A stretch of DNA of 64,000 nucleotides from Mobula hypostoma (GCF_963921235.1 NC_086108.1:19840001-19904000); one strand, 5' to 3'; counted from the stretch's first letter, positions 51,695 through 64,000 are shown. Notes: generated by a model from the sequence alone, not told the origin. A program made the numbers and translations.

Positions 51695-51763
51695 GTAAAT
51701 GAAGCTTTCCAACACATATTGCAGCGCAAGTCCATTGGGAAGGTCATCCTAACCATGAAATGA
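51695..51763 (+). CDS. CRYZL2: CRYZL2 exon 10, terminal (VNEAFQHILQRKSIGKVILTMK*)
   Basis: TTTTCCAG| acceptor and MDR C-terminal GKVIL motif. The spliced CDS is 1116 nt (371 aa) with no frameshift. Confidence 0.92.
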   Translation, partial: VNEAFQHILQRKSIGKVILTMK

Positions 51764-51863
51764 ACTGAAGAAAAATAGCCAGAGAAAAGCTGGACTATAA
51801 CACAGTATACTAGCCCGCATTTTGAAATAGTAAAAATAATTGTATATGCTGTAACTCATTTGC

Positions 51864-51869
51864 ATTAAA
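51864..51869 (+). terminator. Candidate CRYZL2 polyadenylation signal ATTAAA
   Basis: About 100 nt downstream of the CRYZL2 stop codon, in AT-rich sequence. Confidence 0.35.
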
Positions 51870-52975
51870 AAGCTAAATTTTATTCAAAATTCTTGATAAA
51901 AGAACAGAAAAGTACAGTTTTTTTAACCAGCCTTTTTAAGGTATATACACAGAAAAAGTGATTCTAATTGGTCATAGATCAACAATATATGGTGGTTATT
52001 TCCAATGTAATTTGCAATGGAATAGTGCGGAACATACTGCATTGATGGTGCATCAAACCCAAACAGCCATGCCCTCCCTGACTAACTGCAGTGTGTGCTA
52101 TTTCCAATGTGACTTGTAATGGAAAGGTGTGGAACCCACTATCAGAATCAAAATCAGGTTTATTATCAGGGACATGTGTTGTGAGATTGGTTGTTTTGCG
52201 GCAGCAGTACAGTGTAATACATAAAAAAAAACACTATAAGGTAAATAAGGAATATAAAAAATAAATAAGTATTGCACAAAGAACAAAACAGTGAGGTGAC
52301 ATTGATGGACCATGCAGAAATCTGCTGTGGAGGGGAAGAATCTGTTCCCAAAATGTTAAATGTGTTTCTTTAAGCTCCTATAGCTCCAATACCTCCTCCC
52401 CAAGAAATATCCTGGGTGGTGGGGGGCCTTAATGATGGATGCTGTTTATTTGAGGCATTGCATTTTAAAGATTTCCTCGATGGTGGGGAGGCTAATGGCC
52501 ATGATGGAGCTGGCTGAGTTTATAACCCTCTGCAGATTTTTCCCAATCCTGTGCATTGGCACTTCCATACCAGCCAGTGATCCAACCATTTAGAATGCTC
52601 TGTAGAAATTTCCATTTCACAGAAGCTGTCTGAAAAATGTAATGCTTTTAATTGTGGTAAAAAGCTGACCTTCAGAATGTTCTTTATCATGTTTCTATAT
52701 TTTTAGAATAGCATGAAGATATAGTTACTATTCTATAGATTTGCTAAGTATGCCCACAGGAAAATGAATCTCAGGGTTGTATATGGATTCTATATATTTC
52801 AATAATAAAATTTACTTAGAAGATACGTAAATGTAGTAATATAGAACTGCCATCAATTGCAGCAGTGACACAAGTCAAAAGGTGAAGTGATATAAATTGA
52901 CTAAAAAAAGTTCTAAATTTTAATTACTCTATCTTCATTGTTGATTGTAGTGTTTGGCCAAGTGTGATGATTTTG

Positions 52976-53007
52976 TTAGGTCTTGGAGGATTTTGAGGGC
53001 TGAGGAG
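52976..53007 (-). CDS. ANKRD45: Probable ANKRD45 terminal coding exon ((S)PQPSKSSKT*)
   Basis: Strong pyrimidine tract TTTTTATTTTTCTCTTTCAATGAAG| on the - strand; phase 1 matches the donor at 60425 and gives a short Ser/Lys tail and TAA. Confidence 0.5.
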
Positions 53008-54373
53008 CTTCATTGAAAGAGAAAAATAAAAATTAGTTTTTTTCTTAAGAGGACTTTCTTAAAATGTTGATTTTTACAAATTATGTTTACAGACATTCAG
53101 TACATGTAAAAAGTACACAAAGTATGTGTTCTACACAAAGTTAATCATTGGAGATTTTTCTGAGGTTACATCCAGTAACCAGTATTTGCATCAATTTATT
53201 TCAGGATAGTGTCTTTGCAGTTTAATTACAATCTAAAATGGAATGAAGGAAATCTAAACATATGTAACTACTTGCACAGGTTTTTTGATTTGAACATCAT
53301 CATTTGGCTGATTTAGATTTGGTTCAATTCTGAGAACCAAGCCATCAAAGCACATTTTTTTGTAGCTTTACTGATATAAAATGGTGTACCATAAGTGAAA
53401 ACTGGAATGTTTAAATCAACGTTTTCAGAGATAGTTTAGCATAAGGTTAAAAAAAGAATTTAAATTAACCTTTTTATTAAGAAAATTTAACATCAGTTTC
53501 AGAATTGATAAATTCCTTTTAGCTGAACTGTATTAGAAGTATAAAGTACACGAGGAAATTTTAAAAATTAGGAATGAAATTAATAGTTTGGCTACACAAG
53601 AAATAAGAAAAAATTAATGTTTCTGAAACAGGCACTATGAAAATACTGGCGTGGAAATGAAAAAAAAAAGCAGAAAATACAATTCATAGAATAAAGGATC
53701 CAAGAACAAAAGTGATTTTTAAAAAAAAGCAAAGTGAAATTCAAGAAGCTTTTGAAATGTTTTACAAAACTCTATATTCCAAAGTTCCAGGGGGAAGCAT
53801 AACCCAAATTGGCACCTTCCTGAATTCTTTAGAGTTACCCACTTTAAGCAAAGAACAAAATAGAACAATAACTGCTGACATAACTGAAACTGAACTAAAA
53901 ACTGCAATTAGTAGGCTTAAATTAAGCAAGTCACCAGGAATCAGATGGATATACGGCAGAGTGGTATAAAGAGTTTAGAAGTAAGTTAATTCCTATTTTA
54001 CTCCCCACACTGAACTGGGCCCTAAGAAAGGCACAAATGCCACCCAGCTGGAAGGAGACGATAATCTCAGCTCTACTGAAAGGAGGCAAGGATAAAACGG
54101 AGTGTGGGTCATTTAGACCACTATCTGTTCTTAATGTGGATTATAGAATATTTACTTCCATCCTGGCCAAATGATTAGAAGAGTTCCTACCCACACTGAT
54201 GCATAATGATCAGACAGGTTTTATACAACAACGCCAAACACGAGACAATATACGAAGGACACCACATTTTGGATCATATTTTTAAAAAATGAAATTGAAA
54301 CAATAGTGATAAGTTTGGACGCTGAAAAGGCATTTGATTCTATTAATTGGAATTTTCTTTACAGAGTTTTACA

Positions 54374-56038
54374 GGAAGGTGGAGAACAAGTTCTGGTTCA
54401 GCATCGCAGGCACAGCCATCCCAACCATCACAGAAAAGCCAGTCAAGAGCTTAGGCAAAGTTTTTGACAGCTCCTTAAGGGACACAACATCCATTCAGGC
54501 AACCTGCACTGAGTCGGATGGTTGGCTGAAATCTGTGGATGAGTCTGGCCTACCTGGGAAGTTTAAAGCCTGGGTGTATCAGCATGGCATTCTTCCCAGA
54601 ATCCTGTGGCCCCTCCTCATCTATGCAGTTCCGATCTCGATAGTCGAAACCTTAGAGAGGAGGGTTAGCAACCACCTCGGGAGATAGCTGGGGCTGCCAA
54701 AGAGCCTGAGCAGCATCGCACTCTATGGACACCACAACAAACTGCAACTGCCCTTCAAATCCTTGGAGGAAGAATTCAAGGTAACAAGAGCCAGAGAAGT
54801 GCTACAGTATAGGGACTCAAGTGACCCGAAGGTGGCTAGAGCAGGGATCCAAGTAAGTACTGGCAGGAAGTGGAGGGCAGAGGAAGCTGTTCAGGAGGCA
54901 GAGGCGAGGCTGCGTCACAGGAGGCTGGTGGGAGTGGTCACACGAGGCCGAGCTGGGCTAGGATCCTTTCCAACTCCCCAAATGGACACCAGAGGGAAGG
55001 AAAGGCGTTGTCTAGTTCTGGAGGAGGTGAGAGCAGTAGTGGAGGACACGAGAGCCTGCAAGGCGGTGGGAATGAAGCAACAGGGAGCTTGGACAAGGTG
55101 GGAGAATGCGGTTGAGAGGAAAGTGACCTGGGCTGACCTTTGGAAAGCCGAACCACACCGCATCCAATTTCTCATCTAGACAGTGTACGATGTGCTTCCA
55201 AGCCCATCAAACCTGCACACATGGGGCAAGGCAGAGTCAGCTGCTTGCCCACTGTGCTCCAAGCGAGGAACCCTGGAGCACATCCTCAGCGGCTGTGCAA
55301 GGGCACTTGGTGAGGGATGGTACAGGTGGAGGCATGATCAGGTCCTGAAGACCATCGCTGAAGCCGTCAGCGCAGGATTTGAGTGGGCGAAGCGGTCCCG
55401 ACCCTCCAAGCAGACCATTGCCTTTGTCAGAGCTGGGGAGCAGCCAATACCTGCCAAAAGAACATCTGCAGGCATTCTGACCTCTGCAAGGGACTGGCAG
55501 CTGTTGGTGGACCTCGAAGGGCAGGTGAAGTTCCCCAACCATATTGCAGCCACCACCCTGTGACCATTGCCCTTGTATCTGAGTCGACTAAGCAAGTGGT
55601 GCTGCTGGAGCTGACAGTCCCATGGGAAGATAGCTTGGAAGAGGCCTTTGAAAAGAAGCTCTCCAAGTACGCAGGTCAGCAACTGTCAGCAGGCCGGATG
55701 GAGAGCGAGGTGTCTCCCAGTGGAGGTTGGTTGTAGGGGATTCATAGCCCGTTCTTTAGTTAGAGTCTTCAGCATTTTGGGCATCGAGGGAGAGGGGAAG
55801 AGGAGAGCCATCCGCAGTACCGCCGATGCGGCAGAGAGGGCCTCAAGATGGCTGTGGCTCAAAGGAGGGGAGCCATGGAGTCATAAGTAGCTAGCCATCT
55901 GGACACAAGCTGGGGTCTGATCAGCCCCGGTTGGGTCACCTGGAGGAGGGTGTATGACGTTGAAAGACCCGAAACACCCGATGATTCCAGGAACATCACT
56001 GAATATGTGTCCAGAAGCATCAATAGATGTACACAACA
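54374..56038 (+). mobile_element. Hero-like non-LTR retrotransposon (restriction-like endonuclease) 3' part, inserted in L1
   Basis: LPGKFKAWVYQHGILPRILWPL, CPLCSKRGTLEHILSGC, RHDQVL, LLELTVPWE, PVEVGCRGF. The L1 sequence GTTTTACA|TAGATTT resumes across it. Confidence 0.8.
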
Positions 56039-56129
56039 TAGATTTGGTCTTAATGACACAATTATTAAAACTATACAGGCACTATATGACAATTCTACTG
56101 CCAGGATTAAAATCAATGGATATTTATCT

Positions 56130-56331
56130 GAGCAACACACATCAAAGTTGCTGGTGAACGCAGCTGGCCAGGCAGCATCTCTAACTAACTCTTCCTTCAG
56201 TTAGTCCTGACGAAGGGTCTCGGCCTGAAACGTCGACTGTACCCCTAGAGCTGCTGCCTGGCCTGCTGCGTTCACCAGAAACTTGGATGGGTGTTGCTTG
56301 AATTTCCAGCATCTGCAGAACTCCTGTTGTT
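56130..56331 (+). mobile_element. 202-nt Penelope-derived fold-back insertion containing a hammerhead motif
   Basis: 13-bp TSD TGGATATTTATCT (56117-56129, 56332-56344); 56130-56183 is an inverted copy of about 56246-56300. Confidence 0.82.
56203..56238 (+). ncRNA. Minimal hammerhead ribozyme motif
   Basis: AGTC-CTGACGA-AGGGTCTCGGCCT-GAAA-CG-TC-GACT. Confidence 0.68.
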
Positions 56332-59300
56332 TGGATATTTATCTAATAGTTTTACCCTAGAAAGGGGCACGAGACAGGGTTGTGCATGGTCACTGCTACT
56401 CTTCGCATTATATCTGGAACCATTAGCTCAATACACCAGACAAAATGAAGATATCAGGGGAATTGCTATTAAAGGGACAGAGCATAAATTGGCCTGTTAC
56501 GCGGATGATATTTTGATCTATGTAGGGCAACCAACATACTCTACCTAAATTGATGCAATCCTTTGAAAAATATGGCCTATTATCAGGATACAAGATCAAC
56601 ATAGATAAAACCCAACTACTTTCATATAACTATAGCCCACCAAGAGAAATTGAAAGGAGATATCATTGGGCATGGCAAACAGAGTCCGTCAAATATTTGG
56701 GCATCATTATGCCAAAAGATTTGGCAAAATTATCAGAATGCAAATAACAGCCTGTATATAAAAAAAATAAGGAAGATATAACAAGATGGAACCTAATTCC
56801 TTTTCTTGGTCTCAGTTCAAGGATTGAATCTATTAAAATGAATATACTGCCCAGACTATTATATCGCTTTCAGACCCTACCAATAGAGATTAACCAAAAT
56901 CAATTCAACGAATGGAACAAGATGCTATCAAGATATATGTGGCAAGGTAAAAGGCCTAGGGTTTGTCTCAAAATTTTGCAATTAGCCAAGGAAAAGGGGG
57001 GAATGGGGCCTACCTTCTCTTAGAGATTATTATTTTTCAGCACAGTTGAGAGCCATGATATGCTGGTGTAACCCATCATATGGCGCTCAATGGAAAAACA
57101 TTGAGGAGAGGATGCTTTCCATCCCCCTATAGGCAATTTTGGCTGATAACAACCTACAAAGTTACATAAATAATGTTGACAACCCGTGGGTGAAATGGAC
57201 TCTTAAAATATGGAAAACTATTATAAAAGAATATAAACTAGAGAGAGACATTGCAATTCTTAAATGGTGTGGCATATAACTCGGATTTTACGCCGAATAA
57301 ACTGGATGCTAGATTTAAGGACTGGACAGATAAAGGAATAACAGTTATTTGCAATATAATGGAAGAAGGAACACTATTCAGTTTTGAAGCTCGAAGAGAA
57401 ACACTTATTAGAAAAACAAGACTTTTACCGGTATTTACAGATGCGACAGTATGTAAATAGGACGGTAAAAAATGTAACCAAGGCAAGTACATGTCTGATA
57501 GATCTACTTAGAAAAGCATATAATTCAGACAACGGTAGAATTTGAAGCGTTTATAAGGGTTTGTCAAATCTTAAAACACATTCGACTTCATACATTAAAA
57601 CAAAATGGGAGAAGGAAGGAGGGATAATAATATCTGAGGAAGACTGGACAATGATATGGAGGTATCAATGGAAGTGTACCACTTCACAGAAATAGAGGGA
57701 GTTTGGGTGGAAAACCTTGATAAGATATTTTATTACACCCTCTCGGAAATCCCATTATAATAGTAACTGCCCTGCTTGCTGGAGAAATTGTGGAAATCAA
57801 AATGCAAACCATTATCATATTTTCTGGGAATGCCCCGTTATCAAAGACAATTGGAGTGGGATACATAATGCCCTACAAGACGTCTTTAAATGTGAAATAC
57901 CCTTAGAGAGTAAGACTATATATTTTGGGTATACACCTCAAGAATGGTTGAAAAGAGATAAATATTTAATGAATGTACTGCTGGTGGCTGGTAAAAAGAC
58001 CCTTACCAGGAAATGGTCATCTCAGAAGAGCCCAACTTTAAATGTATGGATGGAAATTACAATGGACATATTTTTACAAAATGGAGAAGATAACAGCATC
58101 TGTTAATCATAAGCTGGAACAATTGTATTCATACTGGAAAAAATGGTTTAACTACATAACACCTCATAGGCCTGATTTTATTCTCACAAGTCAATGAATA
58201 TGTTGTAAAAAAAAATCACTCCCCACTCTGTACATAGTTTTCTTCTTTTGATTGTTCTTTCTTTCCTCTCCTTTCTGTAAGTGTATCCCTCATAAATATT
58301 ATGTGGAGATCTGTGACAAATATGATTATATATGTACAGTATCTGAAATATATCTTATGGAAATGTTTGATGATGAAATTCAATAAAAAATAAATTACTC
58401 ATGGTAGGAAACCATATTTTAAAATACATCTGGCATTTTAATCAAAATTAATTGAAGGATCCAACTGAATTTGCCTCTTTCAATAACTTCTTAAAGATGT
58501 CCCTCCATTTTCTAATTTGTAAATATATTTTGAGAGTTGCCTCTCTGAAATGCAGAAGAGTAGTTACTGTATAGAAAACAAATAAAACTGACTGAATGAC
58601 TGAGGGGTCTCAGGCTGAAATGTTGACTGCTTATTACTCTGCGGTGATGCTGCCTATCCTGTTGAGTTCCTCTAGTATTTTGTGTGGCTGGATCTGAATT
58701 TTCAGTGTGTTTATGAAACTGGTTTTATTCACTGCAGAATACCCATTCACCTCTACTGGTCAACCATGACCACTCCCCTCCCTTGAATACAATCAACAAA
58801 TCAGAGCACAAATATCTCAAAATGAGTTTGACAAGAATGACATTCTCTTAAGTATCTGGTTATCCCCATAATCATTTACTAATGTGTACCATAATCATAA
58901 TTTCTTCCTCAAATAATAGCATCCCAAACAATAACTGGTCATTTATCTCATTGCTATTTCTACAGCCTTGATGAGAATGTAGGCTTTATATTTGCTTACA
59001 TATCATTTATGTGATTAGATTCTAACTATTATTAGGAAAGCTTCTTCCTGATAACTCTTGCTTGACCTATCAGACGTGTTTCAGCTAAGGATAACATACC
59101 AAAAGTGAACCTACTTAGCCAAAAAAAATGAACACACGGTTATTATAGGAAAAGTAAATCAAAATTTTGAGAATGAAGCACTAAATTACACTAGGTCAAG
59201 TTTTTAAAAATGTTTTAATAAAATGTAACAAGAAATAGAAATGGAATAGAATATGGAAATAGAGCAGTAAAGTAGATTGTAGAGTGATGAGAAGGAATAT

Positions 59301-60424
59301 GCTGAGTAGTTGTTCTTACTTTGTGAATATTTGAAGTTAAATTTGTGAAACTATCTCCAGTGCCATTCATTTACATTGTCTCTGATCCTTTAACACATTC
59401 CTGCCTTATTCCCTTGATACTATCTAATACCTTTTAATCTCAGCTTCGAATCTGTATTGCTTACCTTCAAGCTAAGTATTTCCTTACCTAGGTATAACGA
59501 CTAAGGCTGGAAATGTAACTCAGAAGGCAGTAGGCAGGTGTTTTTATGCATCCAAAAGACGACTTTCTTATTCATCCAGCAATACCAGCTAACACATTAT
59601 CTATCTTGCTAACTAATTGTTCTTCAGGCATGTTTCCTTCCCACATTTCATAAGTAGCACACTCAGATTATTCCATAGTAGTTTATATTTTTAAAAAGTT
59701 TTGTGCTTCTCAGTAAAGTAAACAAGCTCAGTCTCCTTCCCTAAATGCCCAACTCTGCTTGTTGGGCATTGGACAGCTGCAAAACATTAGTGTGACTGCA
59801 GGGCTAGCATCTTTGGAGCCATTACTATAAAGCAGGGGTTCTTAACCTTTTTTATGCCATGGATCCCTTTGACAGTCCAGTGAAGCCTATGGCCCTCTTC
59901 TCAAGAATAATGTATTTAAATAGATCAAAAATACATAGGCTTACAAAAAAATCAATTTTATCGAAATAGTTATATATAAAGGAAAATTTGTGATATGGTA
60001 ATGTGCTTCTTTATAGTCTAGTTATTTAATGTGTTAATGAAGTGTGAATAACCTAGAACTCAGTACTAATCTCTGTGACACGCCCTCCTATAAAGGTACT
60101 ACTTCCAAAGTTAAAATTGAAGAAATTTGAAAAGGCATACCAAAAAGTATTGCATATTTTAACTTTTTGCTCCTTTTTGTCTTGACAAGGCTGATATTGC
60201 ACTAATCTATGTTATCAGTATAAGAGTTTTTACATTCCCAACCTGATTTGGCACTTCTATACCACTGATGAAGTTCCAAATGAGAAAACCTAACAAAAAC
60301 ATTCCTTTCAATTCAGTGTATTTTTTTCCTGCTCCTGTTGATTGAACACTGACATCCACCAACTAATGAAATGAGAAAAATAAACATTTCCAAGATCTCA
60401 CTGTGAATTGATATTTGCACTCAC

Positions 60425-60563
60425 ATTGGGTTGTTAGTTTGGTAATGATCGGTTCCACACTCATCTCCAGTTGTTTCTTTTGTTCCTCAAATTCCTCTAT
60501 GGAAGCATTCTGTGCTGTTAGAAGCCATTCAGATTTTGCTCTGCAGGCATTTGTAAAGGCAGT
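60425..60563 (-). CDS. ANKRD45: ANKRD45 penultimate exon (TAFTNACRAKSEWLLTAQNASIEEFEEQKKQLEMSVEPIITKLTTQ)
   Basis: Acceptor CTGGTAG|, donor T|GTGAGT, 107-nt intron to the previous exon in phase 0. The ACRAK.EWL...AS..E..EQ..QLE..V.PI.TK.TT pattern is recalled from vertebrate ANKRD45. Confidence 0.82.
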
Positions 60564-60670
60564 CTACCAGATGATAAAAATTTATAAACCCAAAGACACA
60601 ATGAGCACTCACTGATTAAAGAGAGAAATACAGACAACAGTGCTTTCAAATGAAGAATATTATAGCTTAC

Positions 60671-60765
60671 CCTGTCTTGCTTAGACAGCTTGCCTTGTGA
60701 TTTTTCAAGATCAGTAACAGTTTCTTGGATGTTACTAATATACAATTCCAAAATCATTTTGCCTT
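60671..60765 (-). CDS. ANKRD45: ANKRD45 internal exon (GKMILELYISNIQETVTDLEKSQGKLSKQDR)
   Basis: Minus-strand acceptor TTTTTAACTGCAG| and donor AGG|GTAAGC; recognised as the helical Hsp70-lid-like C-terminal region of ANKRD45. Confidence 0.8.
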
Positions 60766-61943
60766 CTGCAGTTAAAAAGTACAAATTAAATATGAATTGT
60801 TATTTTTACATTATTCTCTTTAACCTAAACAAACAGGAAATGGGATCATATTGTCTGCTTGCAGCATCACCTAGGAGCATGGTAGAGGTTCAATCATGTG
60901 ATTTCTGTGAACGAGTTTCCATTCTCAAGGTTACTGTGATGTGAAGATTACCCCTAAACTGGAGGGCAAGGAACCAATATCCTCATTGGAGGTTTGTTAG
61001 CTACTTGGAAGGATTTAAACTAGAGAGGCAGGAATTGGGACTCAGACGATAGTGAAAGACACAAGGAAGCAGAATCACATGCAGAAAATAGAACAGGCAT
61101 TCAGTAGGCTGAGCAGATACAGATGTGAGGAAGCATGAGAGGGCACATCTACATTTACTTTCCCAATTCTAGGATGGTCATCTTTTTCCATTGACTGTCT
61201 TGAAACTTACAGAATATGATCACTGTTTGAAAGGTTACTTCACAGACAATTCGACACCTCTGGATGAGGCTCATCTACATTTACTTTAGTATAGGAAACC
61301 CGGCAAGTAAGATGAGCTGACAGCATAGATCAGCACATGGGATTATTGCAGTCATGGAAACATGTTTGAGGGAGAATAGGACTGACAGCCTAATATTCTG
61401 GAAGTTTCAGGCAGTGTTGCATTGCTGACCAGGGAAGATATCCTGGATGGTCTAGCTAATGAAGCTATACGGGCAGAACTCAGAAATACAAAATGTGGGA
61501 CATTTTGCAGGGTTATACCGCAGACCTCCCAATAGTCATCAGGAATTAGAAGAATAGGTGTGTAGGAAAACTGCAGTAAAGTGTAAAAGCATGGGGTTGT
61601 AGCAGCAGGCAATTTTGACTTCATCAATATTGACTGGGATTGCCTAAATATAAAGGGCTAAAATGAGATGGAGTTCATAAAATGCATTCAAGAGGTGGTT
61701 TTAAAATAGTATGTAGAGGGTCCTATTCGTGGAAAGGGCTGAACTTGACCATATCTTAGGGAAAAAGGACAGATGAGTGTGGATAATGAACCTAGAACTA
61801 GGAGGAGGATCGATTTCAACAATTTAATGTAGCACTTCGCAAAAGTAAATTAGGAGCAACTGCTTTAAGTTGAGTTAGTAAGATATGAGTCAGCACATCT
61901 GTGCAGAGAATCAAAACAAAGATGGTAAGATGAGGGAATTATG

Positions 61944-62681
61944 ATTTTTTTTTCTTTTTCAATATTTTTATTAATTTACATAAAAGAATACAGAGTACAG
62001 TAGGGTATATGATATATCGATTACAATATATTGAAATCACATATAGAGTGTAATTACCCCATATCCATATAAAATTAAAATCCATGTAAAATTAAACTTA
62101 AACATCATGAGAGATGATTTTATTATACAAAAAAAATCTAAACCCACTACCAGAAAAAAACAGCTGTTAGGTTAAAAAAAAAAGAAAAGGAAGAAATCTT
62201 TAACATATAGTAAAACATATTATTAGCCAACATCTGTGCTTAATAGCAAATCAAAGATTTTGAAAATAATTCAAAAAAGGTCCCCACAATGTTAAAAAAC
62301 CTTGTCTAGGTTCAGAAATTGAACAGCAAATCTTCTCTAAATTTAAGCATGACGTAACATCATTTAACCAATGAGTAGGAGTAGGCGGGGTGGCATCCTT
62401 CCACTTAAGCAACAATGCCCTCCTGGCTATGAGTGAAATAAAGGCCAAAATATGCAGATCATGTGTCTCCAAAATAATATAATTTCCTCCAACAATACCA
62501 AATAAGGCAGTCAAAGGATGAGGTTTAAAATTTACTTTTTACCGAAAAAGTTTGAAATACTTCCTTCCAATATTTTTCAAGACTCGGACAAGTCCAAAAC
62601 ATATGGATTAATGAAACTTCTCCCTTATTACATCTATCACAAAAGGGAGATATATCCAAATAAAAACGAGACAGCTTATAT
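61944..62681 (-). mobile_element. L1-clade 3' end
   Basis: Poly-T/TTTATT at about 61944-61973; ORFs with CDRC...SLIHMFWTC and LIARRALLLKWK. Confidence 0.75.
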
Positions 62682-64000
62682 AACCATAGAACCATAGAAA
62701 CTACAGCACAGAAACAGGCCTTTTGGCCCTTCTTGGCTGTGCCGAACCATTTTCTGCCTAGTCCCACTGACCTGTACACGGACCATATCCCTCCATACAC
62801 CTCCCATCCATGTATCTGTCTAATTTATTCTTAAATGTTAAAAAAGAACCCACATTTACCATCTCGTCTGGCAGCTCATTTCATACTCCCACCACTCTCT
62901 GTGTGAAGAAGCCCCCCTAATGTTCCCTTTAAATTTTTCCCCCCTCACCCTTAACCCATGTCCTCTGGTTTTTTTTCTCTCCTTGCCTCAGTGGAAAAAG
63001 CCTGCTTGCATTCACTCTATCTATACCCGTCATAATTTTATATACCTCTATCAAATCTCCCCTCATTCTTCTACACTCCAGGGAATAAAGTCCTAACCTA
63101 TTCAATCTTTCTCTGTAACTGAGTTTCTCAAGTCCCGGCAACAACCTTGTAAACCTTCTCTGTACCTTTTCAACCTTATTTATATCCTTCCTGTAATTTG
63201 GTGACCAAAACTGAACACAATACTCCAGATTTGGCCTCACCAATGCCTTATACAACCTCATCATAACATTCCAGCTCTTATACTCAATACTTCGATTAAT
63301 AAAGGCCAATGTACCAAAAGCTCTCTTTACGACCCTATCTACCTGTGACGCCACTTTTAGGGAATTTTGTATCTGTATTCCCAGATCCCTCTGTTCCACT
63401 GCACTCCTCAATGCCTTACCATTAACCCTGTATGTTCTACCTTGGTTTGTCCTTCCAACGTGCAATACCTCACACTTGTCTGCATTAAACTCCATCTGCC
63501 ATTTTTCAGCCCATTTTTCCAGCTGGTCCAAAGCCCTCTGCAGGCTCTGAAAACCTTCCTCGCTGTCTACTACACCTCCAATCTTTGTATCATCAGCAAA
63601 TTTGCTGATCCAATTTACCAAATTATCATCCAGATCATTGATATAGATGACAAATAACAATGGACCCAGCACTGATCCCTGTGGCACACCACTAGTCACA
63701 GGCCTCCACTAGGAGAAGCAATTCTCTACTACCACTCTTTGGCTTCTTCCATTGAGCCAATGTCTGATCCAATTTACCACCTCTCCATGTATACCTAGTG
63801 ACTGAATTTTCCTAACTAACCTCCCATGGGGGACCTTGTCAAAGGCCTTACTGAAGTCCATGCAGACAATATCCACTGCCTTCCCTTCATCCACTTTCCT
63901 GGTAACCTCCTCAAAAAACTCCAATAGATTGGTCAAACATGACCTGCCACGCACAAAGCCATGTTGACTCTCCCTAATAAGTCCCTGTCTATCCAAATGC
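62682..64000 (-). mobile_element. Young CR1 LINE (RT through 3' end) inserted in L1; runs off the window
   Basis: ORFs 62929-63699 and 63709-63996 are largely intact; (TTCTATGG) tail at about 62682. Confidence 0.9.

Larger units (their letters stand above)
53550..58398 (+). mobile_element. L1-clade LINE (ORF2 RT to 3' end), decayed, with two nested insertions
   Basis: [49 protein letters not shown]...HIFWEC; CAATAAAAAATAAA tail at about 58381-58394. Confidence 0.88.

Noticed and set aside
55945..55982. Hammerhead-like GAAAC stem-loop in the Hero-like 3' UTR
   Set aside because: It lacks the CUGANGA core and correct topology; likely just a 3' UTR hairpin.
58449..58566. Alternative ANKRD45 last exon on the - strand (acceptor TTCTATACAG|)
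   Set aside because: Phase-compatible, but the peptide is unrecognisable and the 53007 acceptor fits a short Ser/Lys tail better. Not excluded without RNA data.

Overview
Eukaryotic, repeat-rich vertebrate DNA. The dense CR1, Rex-Babar and Penelope content suggests a cartilaginous fish (inference). Three host genes can be reconstructed by hand. (1) A complete 10-exon quinone oxidoreductase-like 2 gene (CRYZL2/QORL2, MDR family; + strand, 3391-51763, 371 aa; all introns GT-AG and phase-consistent). (2) An intact, essentially intronless mitochondrial tRNA-modification GTPase (GTPBP3/MnmE) ORF at 49562-51074, nested on the same strand in the last CRYZL2 intron. It has no start codon of its own, but it has splice acceptors in phase with CRYZL2 exon 1, which encodes a presequence-like peptide. 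This suggests a retrocopy that borrows the host promoter and targeting exon, and it is the most interesting signal in the window. (3) The 3' exons of ANKRD45 on the - strand, converging tail-to-tail with CRYZL2. The rest is mostly decayed or nested transposable elements: CR1, L1, Rex-Babar, RTE, I/Nimb-like, Hero-like RLE, Penelope-like, Tc1, hAT MITEs and SINEs. Several Penelope-derived short inserts carry minimal hammerhead ribozyme motifs. TE boundaries are approximate unless TSDs or TIRs are quoted.
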